Part shown: positions 30,670 through 42,450 of the stretch, one piece after another
Layout of the letters: each line of letters starts with the position of its first letter
How positions within the stretch are numbered: the first letter of the stretch is position 1
Assembly (NCBI GenBank): GCA_963755915.1
Contig: CAVWLP010000003.1
Coordinates: forward strand, 1,312,001 to 1,376,000
DNA: 64,000 nt
Direction: 5' to 3'
From: an uncultured Phycisphaerales bacterium
Lineage (GTDB): Bacteria; Planctomycetota; Phycisphaerae; Tepidisphaerales; Tepidisphaeraceae
Position numbers and translations under genes: made by a program
The notes under the pieces: model-generated
What the model was told of the DNA's origin: nothing
The model's input: the letters and a program-made list of their open reading frames with translations, nothing else
Databases searched by the model: none

Positions 30670-30929
30670 TGGAACCTCATAATAAAGACCATCGCGTATT
30701 GTATGATCGGGGGCGTGCCATCTCCATCAACAGCCGGCCCCTGGCAAACCCTTGAATTTAGCCTCTGCAGGGATACCGCGGTGTGGACCCGCACATCTAC
30801 AATCGAATACTTATCGAGCCCGAACACGCCAAAATCACTGCCCCAAATCCCCCAAACCACCCAGCTTATTGCGGACTGTCAAGTTTTGTATTGCATGTCC
30901 CCCGGACAGAAAACTTATCGGCCAACCCA

Positions 30930-32024
30930 TCAGACGTTGAAAAGGAAATGCACAATGTCGCCATCGTGCATGATGTAGGACTTTCCTTCCGCGCGCATTT
31001 TACCGGCCGCCTTGATGGCCGGTTCGGTTTTAAATTGCTGAAGATCGGGCAGGGTATAAACCTCGGCACGGATGAAGCCGCGCTCGAAATCGGTGTGGAT
31101 GACGCCCGCCGCCTGGGGCGCAGTCGCGCCGATGGGGATGGTCCAGGCGCGGATTTCCTTCGGACCGGAGGTAAAGAAGCTCTGCAGGCCCAGCAGCCGA
31201 TACGCCTCGCGGGCAAGGGTGGCAAGGGCCGGTTCCTTCAAATCCATCGCGGCCAGCATTTCGCCGCGATCCGATTCCGGCAGCTCAGCGAGTTCCGCTT
31301 CAAGCTTGCCGCAGACGGGAACGACCGCCCCGGATTCCGTGGCGGCCCGCTCGCGAAGTTTCTTGACCAGCGGACCCGCACCGTGGATGTCCGATTCGTC
31401 GACGTTGGCGACGTAAAGGACTTTTTTGGCGGTGATCAGGCCCAGCGATTTGATCATCTTTTTCTCGTCGGAATCCAAATCGAGCGAGCGGACAGGCTTG
31501 GCCTGATCGAGAACGTCCTTGGCGCGCTTGAGGAGGTCGGCCTTGATGGTCGCTTCCTTGTCCCCGCTGCGGGCGAGGCGGATCGATTTGTCTAGCGAGG
31601 ACTCGACGGTTTCCAGGTCGGCCAGGGCTAGCTCGGTGTCGATGGTGTCGATGTCGCGGATCGGATCGACGGTGCCTTCAACGTGGATGATGTCGGTGCC
31701 TTCGAAGCAGCGGACGACGTGGAGGATGGCATCGACTTCGCGGATGTGGGAGAGGAACTTGTTCCCCAGCCCCTCGCCGGTGCTCGCGCCGCGGACGATG
31801 CCCGCGATATCGACGACGCGCAGCGCGGCCGGGATGATTTTTTCGGTTTCCTGGAACTGGTTGATGATTTTCAGCCGCTCATCCGGAACCGAGACGACGC
31901 CGACGTTAGGCTCGATGGTCGCGAACGGATAGTTGGCGGCGAGCGCCCCGGCCGCCGTTAGCGCGTTGAAGATGGTGCTCTTGCCGACGTTGGGGAGACC
32001 GACGATGCCGACTTCTAATGCCAT
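30930..32024 (-). CDS. ychF: Redox-regulated ATPase YchF
   Basis: [32 protein letters not shown] and [13 protein letters not shown]. Confidence 0.97.
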   Translation of the reverse strand: MALEVGIVGLPNVGKSTIFNALTAAGALAANYPFATIEPNVGVVSVPDERLKIINQFQETEKIIPAALRVVDIAGIVRGASTGEGLGNKFLSHIREVDAILHVVRCFEGTDIIHVEGTVDPIRDIDTIDTELALADLETVESSLDKSIRLARSGDKEATIKADLLKRAKDVLDQAKPVRSLDLDSDEKKMIKSLGLITAKKVLYVANVDESDIHGAGPLVKKLRERAATESGAVVPVCGKLEAELAELPESDRGEMLAAMDLKEPALATLAREAYRLLGLQSFFTSGPKEIRAWTIPIGATAPQAAGVIHTDFERGFIRAEVYTLPDLQQFKTEPAIKAAGKMRAEGKSYIMHDGDIVHFLFNV

Positions 32025-32027
32025 AAT

Positions 32028-33182
32028 TTACATCTCGCGCAGATGGTAACTCTTGATAGTGGTCTGCTGAAAATCAGGGTAGGCGTTAAGGTCATACTCG
32101 GAGAGGTCGAGCCCTTCAAACTCATCCGCTTCGGAGCAGCGGATGCGCGTGACCAGTTTCAGACCAAAGAAAACACCCCCCGCGGCGGTGAGGGTGATGA
32201 CAGCAACGATGATCAGAGCAACGAGCTGAGCGCCGAGATGGTCGAAGCGCTGGGAGAAGCTGCCGGGCTGGAGGAGGGCGATGGCCAGTGCGCCCAGGAG
32301 CCCGCCGATGCCGTGGATGGCGATTCCGCCGGCCGGGTCGTCGACGTGGAAGTTCATGTCGAGCTTGACGACGGCGAAGGGGATAATCAGGCCGGCGACT
32401 GCGCCGGTGAAGACGGCGCGGGAGGGAGTGAGCAGATCCGGCGCGGCGGTTATGGAGACGAGTCCGCCAAGGAGAGCGGCGTAGACGAGGAAGATGTCAT
32501 GTCTGCCGTAGCGAATGGCGCAGTAGATGAAAGCCGCGACAACCGCGGCGGCGGCGGCGAGGGAGGCGTTGAGCGCGGCGTCGGCGGGGCTGGCGGACGC
32601 ATATCCAGCGACGTACGGGAGCCAGGCGATGAAGATGAGTAGCAGTCCGACGGTGGCGAGGGGGAGATTGTGGGCGACGATGGCGTTGGTGGAGCCGTCG
32701 CGGTTGTATTTTCCGATTCGCGGACCGACGGCAATACAAGCCACTAGCGCCGCGCAGCCGGCGGAGAAGTGGATGAAGGTTGCCCCGGCTTCGTCGATGA
32801 AGCCATTGGTTACAAGCCAATTGGACTGGAGGATTTTCCAGAGAATAGGCGTGAGGAGCCCGGGCAAAAGCAGAGCGCCAGCGATAGGAACAACGGATCG
32901 GGACCGTTCGATCGTCGCCCCCGAGACAACAGCCGGAGGGAGCAGAAACGTGGCGGCGATAAAGAGGGAGGCGGAGCCAACGGGGTGGGCGATTTCCTGC
33001 CAGGAGCCGTGGATGGCGGCTCCGATGGCCCACCAGGCGAGGAGTCCGAAGGCGATTTCGACGACGGAGCGAAAGAGGGTGGAGGCGGTGTTCTTGGATC
33101 GAGAGAGCCCGGCGGCGTAGACGGCGAAGGCGGCGCGAAGCAGCAGAGCGGCGGCGCCAAGCATCAACCAGGGATCGATCAT
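32028..33182 (-). CDS. Ammonium transporter (Amt family)
   Basis: SGATIER, FIHFSAG, GPRIGKY, VDDPAGGIAIHG and EFEGLD; both pore histidines appear present. Confidence 0.85.
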   Translation of the reverse strand: MIDPWLMLGAAALLLRAAFAVYAAGLSRSKNTASTLFRSVVEIAFGLLAWWAIGAAIHGSWQEIAHPVGSASLFIAATFLLPPAVVSGATIERSRSVVPIAGALLLPGLLTPILWKILQSNWLVTNGFIDEAGATFIHFSAGCAALVACIAVGPRIGKYNRDGSTNAIVAHNLPLATVGLLLIFIAWLPYVAGYASASPADAALNASLAAAAAVVAAFIYCAIRYGRHDIFLVYAALLGGLVSITAAPDLLTPSRAVFTGAVAGLIIPFAVVKLDMNFHVDDPAGGIAIHGIGGLLGALAIALLQPGSFSQRFDHLGAQLVALIIVAVITLTAAGGVFFGLKLVTRIRCSEADEFEGLDLSEYDLNAYPDFQQTTIKSYHLREM

Positions 33183-33430
33183 GAAGGGGGATTTGTACTG
33201 GAAGGCTGGGGGAGTTGCGAGTTGCCAACCGCAGCCGGAGGCGAGGAGCGGTACACCGCGCCGGCCGGAGGCCGTTGAGCAGGATGCTTTCATCCAGTTG
33301 GGAGGCGCGTAACGGGTTGTGGGTGCGAAATTTGAACCTTGTGGGGGGGACACTATAATGCGCCCGCGCGGTCGGGATCGTTTTTAGTGGGCCGGCTTTG
33401 CGCGATGCAATGGAAAGGAGCTTCGGGCCG

Positions 33431-35085
33431 ATGGCGGACGAAGGGCAGATAATTCGCGGGATCGACTGGCGTCAGACACTTCCATTCACGCACATTTTTC
33501 GATCGTTTCGGATTGCAATCCACCCGACGAAACTACTGCTGGGATTGGCGCTGCTGATGAGCATTTATTTTGGGGGCAGGATTCTGGACGGATTCTGGCC
33601 CCTGCGCGGCGCGCGCTGCCAGGGGAGATTGAAGAATACCAGGCGATCCTCGACGGCACCGACCAGACCACCCTCCCGGTCTGGCGACAGCAGACGCGCG
33701 AGGCGATGGACGAGACCTACGCGCAGACCCTGATTACCTATCAGATCATTCCGCAGCAGAGCACAGAAACATCCGACGACTATCACGCGCGGGTGCTGGA
33801 GGAAGCGCGCAAGGGGAACTACCTCAACAAGGTGAAAGAAAAAATCGACGAGGAGCGCAACGCGGAAGTGGCGGCGGCAAAGGCGCAGTATACGGACCTG
33901 TCCAAGCGGAAGGGGGCGATCTTCGATGCCTACGGCGCGGCGGACACGCAATGGACTTCCGTTCGAGCCGTCGAGGGGAACGGGCTGTTTATCACATTTT
34001 TTGAATTTGAGATTCGGGAGCTTTCCCTGGTGGTGGACGGCGTGAAGGGGAACGATTGGCTGGCGCCGGGGGGAGTGAAGGACCACCTGTATAACTTTTT
34101 CGCGGTGGGTCCGATCTGGCTGGGGTGGCATCACACCATATTTTTCGTGATTTTCGCGGCGATATTTTTGCTCGCCTGGGCGCTGTTTGGGGGAGCGATC
34201 AGCCGAATCGCGGCGGTGCACGTGGCGCGGGATGAGAAGATTTCGCTGAGGCAGGCGATGAATTTCGCGGTGGGGAAGCTGCTGTCGTTTGCGTCGGCGC
34301 CGGTGATTCCGCTGGCGATCATCGTGGTGATCGGGCTGATCGTGGCGATCGGATCAATCATCGGCAACATACCGTTCCTGGGGCCGATCGTGGTTGGGGC
34401 GCTCTTCTTTATCGCGCTGCTGGCTGGATTCGTGATGACGCTGGTGCTGCTGGGGACGGCGGGCGGGTTTAACCTCATGTATCCGACGATTGCCGTCGAG
34501 GGGTCGGACAGTTTTGACGCGATCAGCCGGAGCTTCAGCTACGTGTATGCCCGACCCTGGCGGATGCTTTTTTATTCGCTGGTGGCGCTGGCGTATGGAG
34601 CGGCAACCTATCTGTTTGTGCGGATGTTCATCTGGCTGACGCTGGTCCTCACGCATCATTTCGTCGGGATGGGACTGGTGATCTCGGCAGACAACGGGGC
34701 CTATCTGCTCGACACAATGTGGCCGGGCCCCGCGAACACGGGACGGTTGGCGTTTGCATCCAATTACCAGGCGCTGTCGGCAGGGCAATCGATCGGGGCA
34801 TTTTTTATCAATTGCTGGGTGATGCTGCTTGTTTCGTTCCTCGGAGCGTTCGCGCTGAGCCTCTATTTTTCCGCGAATACCATCATTTATTATCTGATGC
34901 GCAGCGAAGTGGATTCGACGGAGCTTGACGACGTTTACCTGGAACAGGCGGAGGAGGAACTGGAGCCGGCGCTGAGCGCGGTGACGGCGACAGTGATGAC
35001 AGAGACGACGATTGTGACGGATTCGCCCGACGCAACGGGGGATGAACCGGGCTCCGAAGCGCCGCCTGCAGCGCCGTCAGCCTGA
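33431..35085 (+). CDS. Polytopic membrane protein (frameshift near 33610)
   Basis: N-terminus in ORF 33398, body in ORF 33706 with DSFDAISRSFSYV and YYLMR. Confidence 0.75.
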
Positions 35086-35167
35086 GTGACTGGGTTCTTC
35101 GCTACTGATTGACTGGATTCTTCTCTACTGCTCTACTTTCCACTGCTCTGCGATCGCGCAAAGCGCC

Positions 35168-35241
35168 GCACCCGTAGCTCAATTGGACAGAGCATCGGTC
35201 TTCGGAACCGAGGGTTGCAGGTTCGACTCCTGCCGGGTGCA
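35168..35241 (+). tRNA. tRNA-Arg, anticodon TCG
   Basis: GCACCCG/CGGGTGC acceptor stem, TAGCTCAATTGG D arm, TCGGT-CTTCGGA-ACCGA anticodon arm, GTTCGACTC T loop; no encoded CCA. Confidence 0.95.
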
Positions 35242-35409
35242 TTAGGAGTGACAAGGACTTACGACGGTCCTTGTGCCTGTAGACCACCGTTCCGTACTAA
35301 ACTCCGTACTAAACTCAGGCCCTCGCTGAAAAAAATCAGCTGAGGGCCGCGAGTGCCAGACCTTGCGGTCGAGCCTTTTTCCAAAGGCCTTTTGACCGGA
35401 GATTTGGCA

Positions 35410-36318
35410 ATGTCGCGTCCCAACAAAATCTGGTTCCGTAAGGATATCGGCTGGTGGATGATCACCATTGGCGGAAAGCGCATCCGCCTGGCTGAAGGGC
35501 GGGAGAACAAGAAGCAGGCCCAGCAGAAATTCCATGAGCTGGCGGCGGAGCGTCCGCAGAAGCCGGAAGGCACGACCGCCCGCGTGGCCGACGTCATTGA
35601 AGCGTTTCTCGCCTGGAGCAAGATTCACCTCAGCGAAAACACCAACCGTAACTATCTCTGGTATGGCCAGACATTTTCCGAGCATTCCGGCTATCTGCCG
35701 GTGATCGAACTCAAACCCATTCACCTGACCCGCTGGCTCGACGAGAAGGGATGGAACCAGACGACGCAGCGGAACGCCCGCCGCTCGATTCACCGGGCCT
35801 TCGCCTGGGCTTGCGAGGAAGGCATTCTCAGCCGCAACCCGCTGCAGGGGATGAAATGCCCCAGGGCCAAGACCCGAAAACGATTCATGTCCGACGAAGA
35901 ATACCGCGCCCTGATGAGGAATTCCGCCCATGATTTCAAGCAACTGCTCTTCTCCCTTCAGCAGACGGGCTGCCGGCCGAAGGAAGCCCAGACGCTGACA
36001 TGGGAGCAGGTGCGAGAAGACCGGTGGGTGCTGACCGAACACAAGACCGCCTACAAAGTGCAGAAGCCCCGCGTCATCTACCTGAGCCTGCCCATGCGGA
36101 AACTCATGACGGTGCTGCGACGGCGAAGCACCAGTCCGTATGTGTTTCTCAACAGGCGTAAAAAGCCTTGGAACAACAATTCCATCCGGCTGCGAATTCA
36201 GCGATTGAAAATAAAATTGAAACTTCCGGAGGATCTGTGCGCCTACCTGCTCCGCCATGCGTTCGGAACCAACGCTATCCCTATGAACCAGGACACGACC
36301 GGGAGCGCCCTATACTAA
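35410..36318 (+). pseudogene. Tyrosine integrase, C-terminally truncated
   Basis: TGCRPKEA and YLLRHAFGT are present, but the LGH...Y segment is absent; the frame ends about 16 codons later. Confidence 0.85.
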
Positions 36319-36351
36319 ACGCAATCAATCCCTACTGAGAACACCACCGAT

Positions 36352-36828
36352 GTGGTCGGCGCACTCAGGACGAAGAAGCCATACGATGTGATCGCCATGT
36401 GGCACGTGATCGAGCATCTACCCGATCCGTGGGTGACTTTGCGGGCAGCCAATGAAAGATTGAATGTTGGCGGAATTCTTGTCCTGGCCGCGCCCAATCC
36501 GAACAGCTTTCAGTTTCAAACTCTCCGACGGCGTTGGCCGCATCTTGACGCGCCGCGTCATTTGATGCTGATCCCTCCCCGAGTTTTGATCGAGACGATG
36601 GCCTCTGCCGGAATGCAACTGGAAATGATGACCACACTGGACGAAGGGACTTGCGCGTGCAATTTGTTTGGATGGGTTTTCTTCTTTTCAAACCTTTACC
36701 CCCAGCCCGGATTGCTCAACCGAGAACTGCGGAAGTTTGGGCATAGACTCGCTCGGTTGGTCAGGCCAATCGAGAACATAGAAGGCAAAGGTAGCGCGTA
36801 CACCATGCTGTTCAGGAAAACGGCATAA
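36352..36828 (+). pseudogene. Class I SAM methyltransferase, C-terminal fragment
   Basis: YDVIAMWHVIEHLPDP..GGILVLAAPN..DAPRHL; no motif I. Confidence 0.7.
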
Positions 36829-36879
36829 CGCTGGAGCAATTGGCGACATCGAGGCATAATTGCGAGACGCATCCGCGCT

Positions 36880-38151
36880 TCACTGTTTCCTCAAATCCCA
36901 TTCCAGATAGGGTCGGACCGCTCCGGGGATTGGATGGGAGTGATTAGGCCTGGTGACCGTCCCTTCGCGCGAATCGACCACGTTGAACGAAAGACTGTTC
37001 CTTTCGTCGCAATGAACTGTGATTCCTTCGTCGAACGAGGAAATCGCGATCCTCACAAAGTAGCTGCCCTCGTTGAGGAAGTTACCCGGAATTGCACAGC
37101 GTGAGACGAAGATGCCCTTTTCGAAGCGTAACTTTCGCGTATCGTGGGTGACGAAGGCACATTCCCCGCCCGCCGTGTAGAAATGGAAGTTAGACACCAG
37201 CGCAGGGACATCGTTTCGAAGGACTTCAAACGTCATCTCAACCACGACCGGATCGGCGATATCAATTTCCAGGGCTACTTCGTCCCTGTCATTCTTTATT
37301 TCGCCTTTCAGCAAGGGGACAAACCTGTCGCCGACGTGCCGACCGGTGAAATCGGCGCTGGCCGGTGATGACTGCCCGCTTGTGTAATAGTGCATCACCA
37401 CTTCTGAGGTGGGTCCATCCTTCAGCACCATACCTGATTCCAAGAGAATCGCCCGGTTGCACAGGGATGTGATCGTCGGCATGCTGTGACTTACGAAAAT
37501 CACCGTGCGCCCTGCGTTGCCGATTTCTTCCATCTTGCCTAGGCATTTTTTCTGAAACTGAATGTCGCCGACGGCCAATACCTCGTCGACGATCAGAATC
37601 TCCTGCTCGAGGGTGGCAGCGACCGCAAATGCGAGGCGGACATACATGCCGCTGGAATAGCGCTTGACCGGTGTGTCCAGAAACTTCGCCACGCCGGCGA
37701 AGTCGACAATCTCATCGAACTTGCGTTTAATGTCTGCGCGGCTCATGCCGAGTATGGCCCCGTTGAGAAAGATATTCTCCCTTCCGGTCAGTTCGGGATG
37801 GAAGCCGGTTCCCACCTCCAGCAAACTGGCGACGCGCCCTCTGATCGTGATGCGCCCGGCCGTCGGTTCCGTGATACGCGACAGGACCTTTAACAGCGTC
37901 GATTTGCCCGCGCCATTTCGTCCGATGATGCCCAGGCGGTCTCCTTCATGGATGGCGAAAGTTACGTCCTTGAGCGCCCAGAATTCTTCCCGCACCTGCC
38001 GGTCGCGATCAGCTCCCGGATGAACGAGCCCTTTCACTGCACGTTTAACGCTGTTTGCCAGCACATCGCGCAGGGCCGTGTAACGCTCCTGGCGTTGATG
38101 GCGAATGGTGTATCTCTTGGAAAGATTCTCGACGGTGAGGATGGCTGCCAT
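36880..38151 (-). CDS. Polysaccharide-export ABC ATPase (Wzt-like)
   Basis: GRNGAGKST, GTGFHPELTGREN, YSSGMYVRLAF and a C-terminal Wzt_C-like domain. Confidence 0.9.
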   Translation of the reverse strand: MAAILTVENLSKRYTIRHQRQERYTALRDVLANSVKRAVKGLVHPGADRDRQVREEFWALKDVTFAIHEGDRLGIIGRNGAGKSTLLKVLSRITEPTAGRITIRGRVASLLEVGTGFHPELTGRENIFLNGAILGMSRADIKRKFDEIVDFAGVAKFLDTPVKRYSSGMYVRLAFAVAATLEQEILIVDEVLAVGDIQFQKKCLGKMEEIGNAGRTVIFVSHSMPTITSLCNRAILLESGMVLKDGPTSEVVMHYYTSGQSSPASADFTGRHVGDRFVPLLKGEIKNDRDEVALEIDIADPVVVEMTFEVLRNDVPALVSNFHFYTAGGECAFVTHDTRKLRFEKGIFVSRCAIPGNFLNEGSYFVRIAISSFDEGITVHCDERNSLSFNVVDSREGTVTRPNHSHPIPGAVRPYLEWDLRKQ

Positions 38152-38525
38152 TGCATTTAGCTCTACTCCGCTTACCACCAATCACCTGAGAAGTCGTCAA
38201 TAAACTGATGCCCCGCAGGGAACCTCCCCGCACCCCTTCGCTGGCGGACCGAATCTGATGCGTCGGGTCTCGCTCCAGTTGCGCACGCCTTCGCGGAAAT
38301 CCCCGCTCAGACTCGGGGTCCCAGTTTAGCGACCGCTGCTCGCCGTCAAGGTCCCTCCCCAAGGGTCCCCTCCCTCCGGGCCGCTCCACCTTCCGGGGCT
38401 TCGCCCCTGACTGCTGCGCCACGGTCGCTGCCATTCCCTTCCCCCATCGAGGCTGAGGCGGGTGTGTGGTTGGTCCACAACCCAAAGACCTTCGGTCACT
38501 AAGTTTTTTGGAAGGAGTGTGCGTT

Positions 38526-39395
38526 ATGTCATCGTTCGATCTCTATCAATCCGTCACCGACCAGATTGTCGCCATGCTGGAAGCTGGCGTTGTCCCTTGG
38601 CGTTCACCAATCCTCGGACGATCCAAGGCCGGGTATCCCAAGAATCTCAACACTGGCAAACCGTACCGCGGCGTCAATGTCTTCCTGCTGGCGTTCACGG
38701 CTTTTGCCAAGGGGTACGGCTCGTCTTATTGGCTCACGTTTAACCAGGCCAAGGAGCGTGGCGGAATGGTCAAGAAGGGCGAGAAATCTTCGATGGTCGT
38801 TTTCTGGAAGCAGTACGAAACGACCGACAAGGAGACTGGCCAGCCGACCACCGTGCCGGTCATGCGGTATTACAACGTGTTCAATGCCGAGCAGGTTGAC
38901 GGCATCGAGATTCCCGACGCGGTGAAATTTGAGCCGATCGACTTCCAACCGATTGAAGCGGCCGAGCAGATCGCCGCTGGATATGTCGGCGGGCCAGCCG
39001 TCGGACATGACGGCGGACAGCAGGCGTTTTATCGTCCTGCCCTCGATACCGTCCACATGCCGGAGCGGACCCGTTTTGCTTCGGCGGAGGAATACTATTC
39101 GACGCTGTTTCATGAGCTTTCCCATTCGACCGGGCATAGCTCACGGCTGAATCGGAAGCTGGACACCAATCCCAAGCCGTTCGGTTCACCTGATTACGGC
39201 AAGGAGGAGCTTGTCGCGGAAATGTCCTCAGCATTTCTGTGTTCGTACGCCGGGATCCAGCCGACGGTGATTGAGAATCAGGCCGCATACCTTGCCGGAT
39301 GGCTCAAACAACTGAAATCCGATAAGAAACTGGTTGTCTCCGCCGCCGGGCATGCCCAGCGGGCAGCCGACTGGATTCGCGGCGAGAGAGGTTAA
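38526..39395 (+). CDS. ardC: ArdC-family ssDNA-binding antirestriction protein
   Basis: GVVPW, YRGVN, WLTFNQA, YNVFNAEQ, HELSHSTGH and EELVAE motifs. Confidence 0.9.
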   Translation: MSSFDLYQSVTDQIVAMLEAGVVPWRSPILGRSKAGYPKNLNTGKPYRGVNVFLLAFTAFAKGYGSSYWLTFNQAKERGGMVKKGEKSSMVVFWKQYETTDKETGQPTTVPVMRYYNVFNAEQVDGIEIPDAVKFEPIDFQPIEAAEQIAAGYVGGPAVGHDGGQQAFYRPALDTVHMPERTRFASAEEYYSTLFHELSHSTGHSSRLNRKLDTNPKPFGSPDYGKEELVAEMSSAFLCSYAGIQPTVIENQAAYLAGWLKQLKSDKKLVVSAAGHAQRAADWIRGERG

Positions 39396-39447
39396 CCATT
39401 TCCCATTTTGGCCATGCCGCGTACAACAACTTGACGCATTCCAAAAA

Positions 39448-39960
39448 TCAGACGCGAACGATAGACGCGCCCAATCCTGTTCGGCGACGACGGGCCATCA
39501 GGCTAAGAACGCCCAAGGCCAAAACACTAAGCGAGGCAGGTTCCGGAACCGCAGTGCCGGAAACTTGCACGTCGAAAAAGCCGCTGTTATCGCTGTACTC
39601 ATCGTCATTCACGCCAAGTTGCAATTGCGAAGCGCCACTTGGCACCGTTACCGTCGCCGACAATCCGATGGGGAATGGAGTGCCGACGATATCGCCGCTG
39701 GAGTCCGCGAATGTTCCAACCAACTCCGACAAATAAATCGGATACTCCGCCGACGGCATGTAGAAGCTGGGAAACACACCGAATCCGTTCCCCGTCCCAT
39801 CGTTGGCGGCGAAATTCGTATTGCCTTGAGCATCGACAGGCGAAAATCCGGGACCCGCTACCTCGGTGCCGCTAAGGTACGTGATCGTCAACTGCTGGGA
39901 TGGCGACACGGAAATGCCGCTGGCACTCGTAATGATCGTTGGCGACGTTTGATCATTGAG
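39448..39960 (-). pseudogene. PEP-CTERM protein, N-terminus missing
   Basis: VPEPASLSVLALGVLSLMARRRR tail; no signal peptide in frame. Confidence 0.75.
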
Positions 39961-40109
39961 GCCAGCGCCGCGGCAATCTGCTTGTCGCAGTGATTGCGCA
40001 GAATCAGTTCCACGATACGGATTTGCTGCGGTGGCAGCTGGAGCGTCTCCATCAATTGCTGCCATTTTTCAGCCGGAAGTGGGAGATCTGGGATGTTCTG
40101 TTCAGCCAT
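39955..40109 (-). pseudogene. LuxR-type HTH fragment
   Basis: LPPQQIRIVELILRNHCDKQIAAAL breaks off before the recognition helix. Confidence 0.6.
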
Positions 40110-40481
40110 GACGATGCCCCGAAATAAAAGAGCGTCGAACCAAGGCCGCTCAGACAAGGCCCGCCAAGGCCTACGAAGAACGTACCTTGGCCGACGCCCC
40201 AATCGGGGCGCGGCTCAAGGCACTGCCTCTTCGTTTCAAACTTTGGCGGTTTAGTCTGAAGCAGCGTCTTGACGCTCGCGCGTCAATTTCAAATTGTCGT
40301 CCTGTCGTCTAAACGACGTACGGACCCGAATATCATAGGCAAATCTGTGCCAATCCGACACAGCGGATGCCGTGATCATTTTTCCGTGGTGCGTTTACGA
40401 TTTATCAACGATTTCGTGGCATGCTGGTTTTTCCGTCACCTTTTCCGGCGGAATTCATCAACTACAACCCAAGGGGGATTT

Positions 40482-40919
40482 ATGCCACGCAAGAAAGACG
40501 CAGCCCGCGAGGCCGCACAAATCGAAACCAGCGCTACCGCCACGGCGATAGCAGAACCGAACAGAAAAACCGCGCCACTGCCGATAGCGCGTCCTGCCTA
40601 TATCGACGGACCGCCGGTGACGGAAGATGGCAAAGTCATCACGTCCGCCGACCCGGAAGCCAAGAATTGGGGCGATCCATACAAGGCAATCGTGTCCACC
40701 GCGACCTTTGAAATGGGTGAGAACCGCCGCTTCAAACAGCGCGTCTTTACCTTCAAGGAAAAGCCGTCGGAGGACGTTTTGGCAGCGCTCAAGGACAATG
40801 GCTTCACTTACCGTGCCAATGAGAAGGCGTGGACGATCCAGGCGAATCCAGATACCCGCAGGCTTTCTGAGGAACTGGCCGAACAATTCGCCGGCTCGTC
40901 ACAGGCTTTGAGCCGGTGA
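40482..40919 (+). CDS. Hypothetical protein of the integrative element
   Basis: MPRKKD start after an AGGGGG RBS; coding-like codon use. Confidence 0.6.
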   Translation: MPRKKDAAREAAQIETSATATAIAEPNRKTAPLPIARPAYIDGPPVTEDGKVITSADPEAKNWGDPYKAIVSTATFEMGENRRFKQRVFTFKEKPSEDVLAALKDNGFTYRANEKAWTIQANPDTRRLSEELAEQFAGSSQALSR

Positions 40920-41215
40920 CACGTCGCGGCCACAGCGGGCGAAGTTTTGATCCGCAGCAGTTCCAGATCGACTGGAGCAGGGCAAATGCCTCGCCGCCAG
41001 AATCGCGGGCAAGAACGGAAGGCCCGGCCATCCAGCCGCCTTCCGTTCGGGCCGACGGTTTGACGTTACGGCTTAAATGGGATTTCCGCACGACGTTCCC
41101 GGAGCCGACCGAACAGGCCATTGAGGTCGGCACGATCAGCGCCGAGGACCTGCACCCCGAGGGTATCCGCAGCATCCACGAGGAGCAGACCCGCGAAATG
41201 CTGGCGACGCTGCCT
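40916..41215 (+). pseudogene. Truncated hypothetical gene
   Basis: Overlaps the previous stop (GTGA); composition changes abruptly near 41215. Confidence 0.45.
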
Positions 41216-41220
41216 GTCTG

Positions 41221-42450
41221 GTGTTTATCGAACTCGCTGAATTGGTTCCTGCGGATGCGGTCGAAAATTTATGTCTCGAAATCGCCCAATTTATTTCGAT
41301 TGCTCCGACTGATGGCAGTGCAATAGGCTGGCCAGCACTTTTGCAGCGCCGCTCCATTCTCGCTCGCCATTATTTCGACCATTTCTCCTGTCAGGGCGTA
41401 GGCCCCAACTCGGAACGGCTCGCCGTGTTCAGCTGGTGGCTCGCGGACCGAGTGGAATCGGTTCTCACCACGAATCAAGAGCTTGCGAACAAGCTTACCG
41501 AGACCTTTATTGCGGAGTCTATCCATTGGTCCACCATCGGCGCGGACCTCATACATCCGCGATTGGAATTGTCCGATTTTGCATGCGCTACGAAATTTCT
41601 TTCGCCCACATGGATATTGGCCTTGCAGTGTCAATTACATGGCCGTGTTGGAGCGATCGCAGATCAGAAATTGCTCTCGCTGCTACAGCGCGCGTTGGAA
41701 AAAATGATAAAGGCGCTCGGCACAACGGATGAAAAGGCCCCGTCAGATCCCATCGGTCTTGGGTTAGCCAGGAGCAATTTGACGATGTTCCCGGCGTCCG
41801 CAAAGTCCCCTGACCATTGCGTTTATGGCTTTGACGCCGGAGTGGGGGAGGTTGTCGACGCATGGACGAAAATCACGCAAGATGAATCGACAAAGAAACT
41901 GCTCGAATTTTCAAAGCAGGCGCGGGATGTTAACACCCAACCGAATAGCCTGATTGACGCGCTACGCCAACTCAGTGATCGCAATGAAAGCGACCAAGTT
42001 TTCGTGTCCGGTGTCTTGCGATCGCAAGTAATCCAGGGACTAGCACCGCGGGATGAGGTGTGGAATTTGCTTGTGCAACAGGAATGGCGAGAAAAAACGT
42101 TCAATGGCTTGGTACAGCATGCCCTTGAGCTGTTTTTGGAATCTCTTGCGGAACTCCAAGCTCAGGCTGACGATCGATGGAGGGTTAACTTACCTCACAT
42201 ATTGGCCGCTGCCTGCGAATCCGCAAAGGACACAACGCGACAGCGGCTCCTATTCGCGCAAACCGTTATCACCTCAGCGGCGACGAATACAGATAGCGCG
42301 ATTCGACGTTTGCTGACGGGTCCACAGCGACACCAGTTAATCTCAGAACGCGAGTTCTGGCGAGACCAACTTCGCGGCGCAATTCCCAATGTGCTGCCGT
42401 GGGTAGTGGGAAGAATCAGATCAATTCTACCCGCGCTTGACAGCCTTTAA
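41221..42450 (+). CDS. Helical hypothetical protein, probably the 3' remnant of a larger gene
   Basis: 409-codon ORF with lower GC and no clear start signal. Confidence 0.55.
   Translation: MFIELAELVPADAVENLCLEIAQFISIAPTDGSAIGWPALLQRRSILARHYFDHFSCQGVGPNSERLAVFSWWLADRVESVLTTNQELANKLTETFIAESIHWSTIGADLIHPRLELSDFACATKFLSPTWILALQCQLHGRVGAIADQKLLSLLQRALEKMIKALGTTDEKAPSDPIGLGLARSNLTMFPASAKSPDHCVYGFDAGVGEVVDAWTKITQDESTKKLLEFSKQARDVNTQPNSLIDALRQLSDRNESDQVFVSGVLRSQVIQGLAPRDEVWNLLVQQEWREKTFNGLVQHALELFLESLAELQAQADDRWRVNLPHILAAACESAKDTTRQRLLFAQTVITSAATNTDSAIRRLLTGPQRHQLISEREFWRDQLRGAIPNVLPWVVGRIRSILPALDSL

Noticed and set aside
35102-35287. 61-aa ORF (and similar ORFs at 42501 and 42625)
   Set aside because: These are translations of the tRNA and att sequence.
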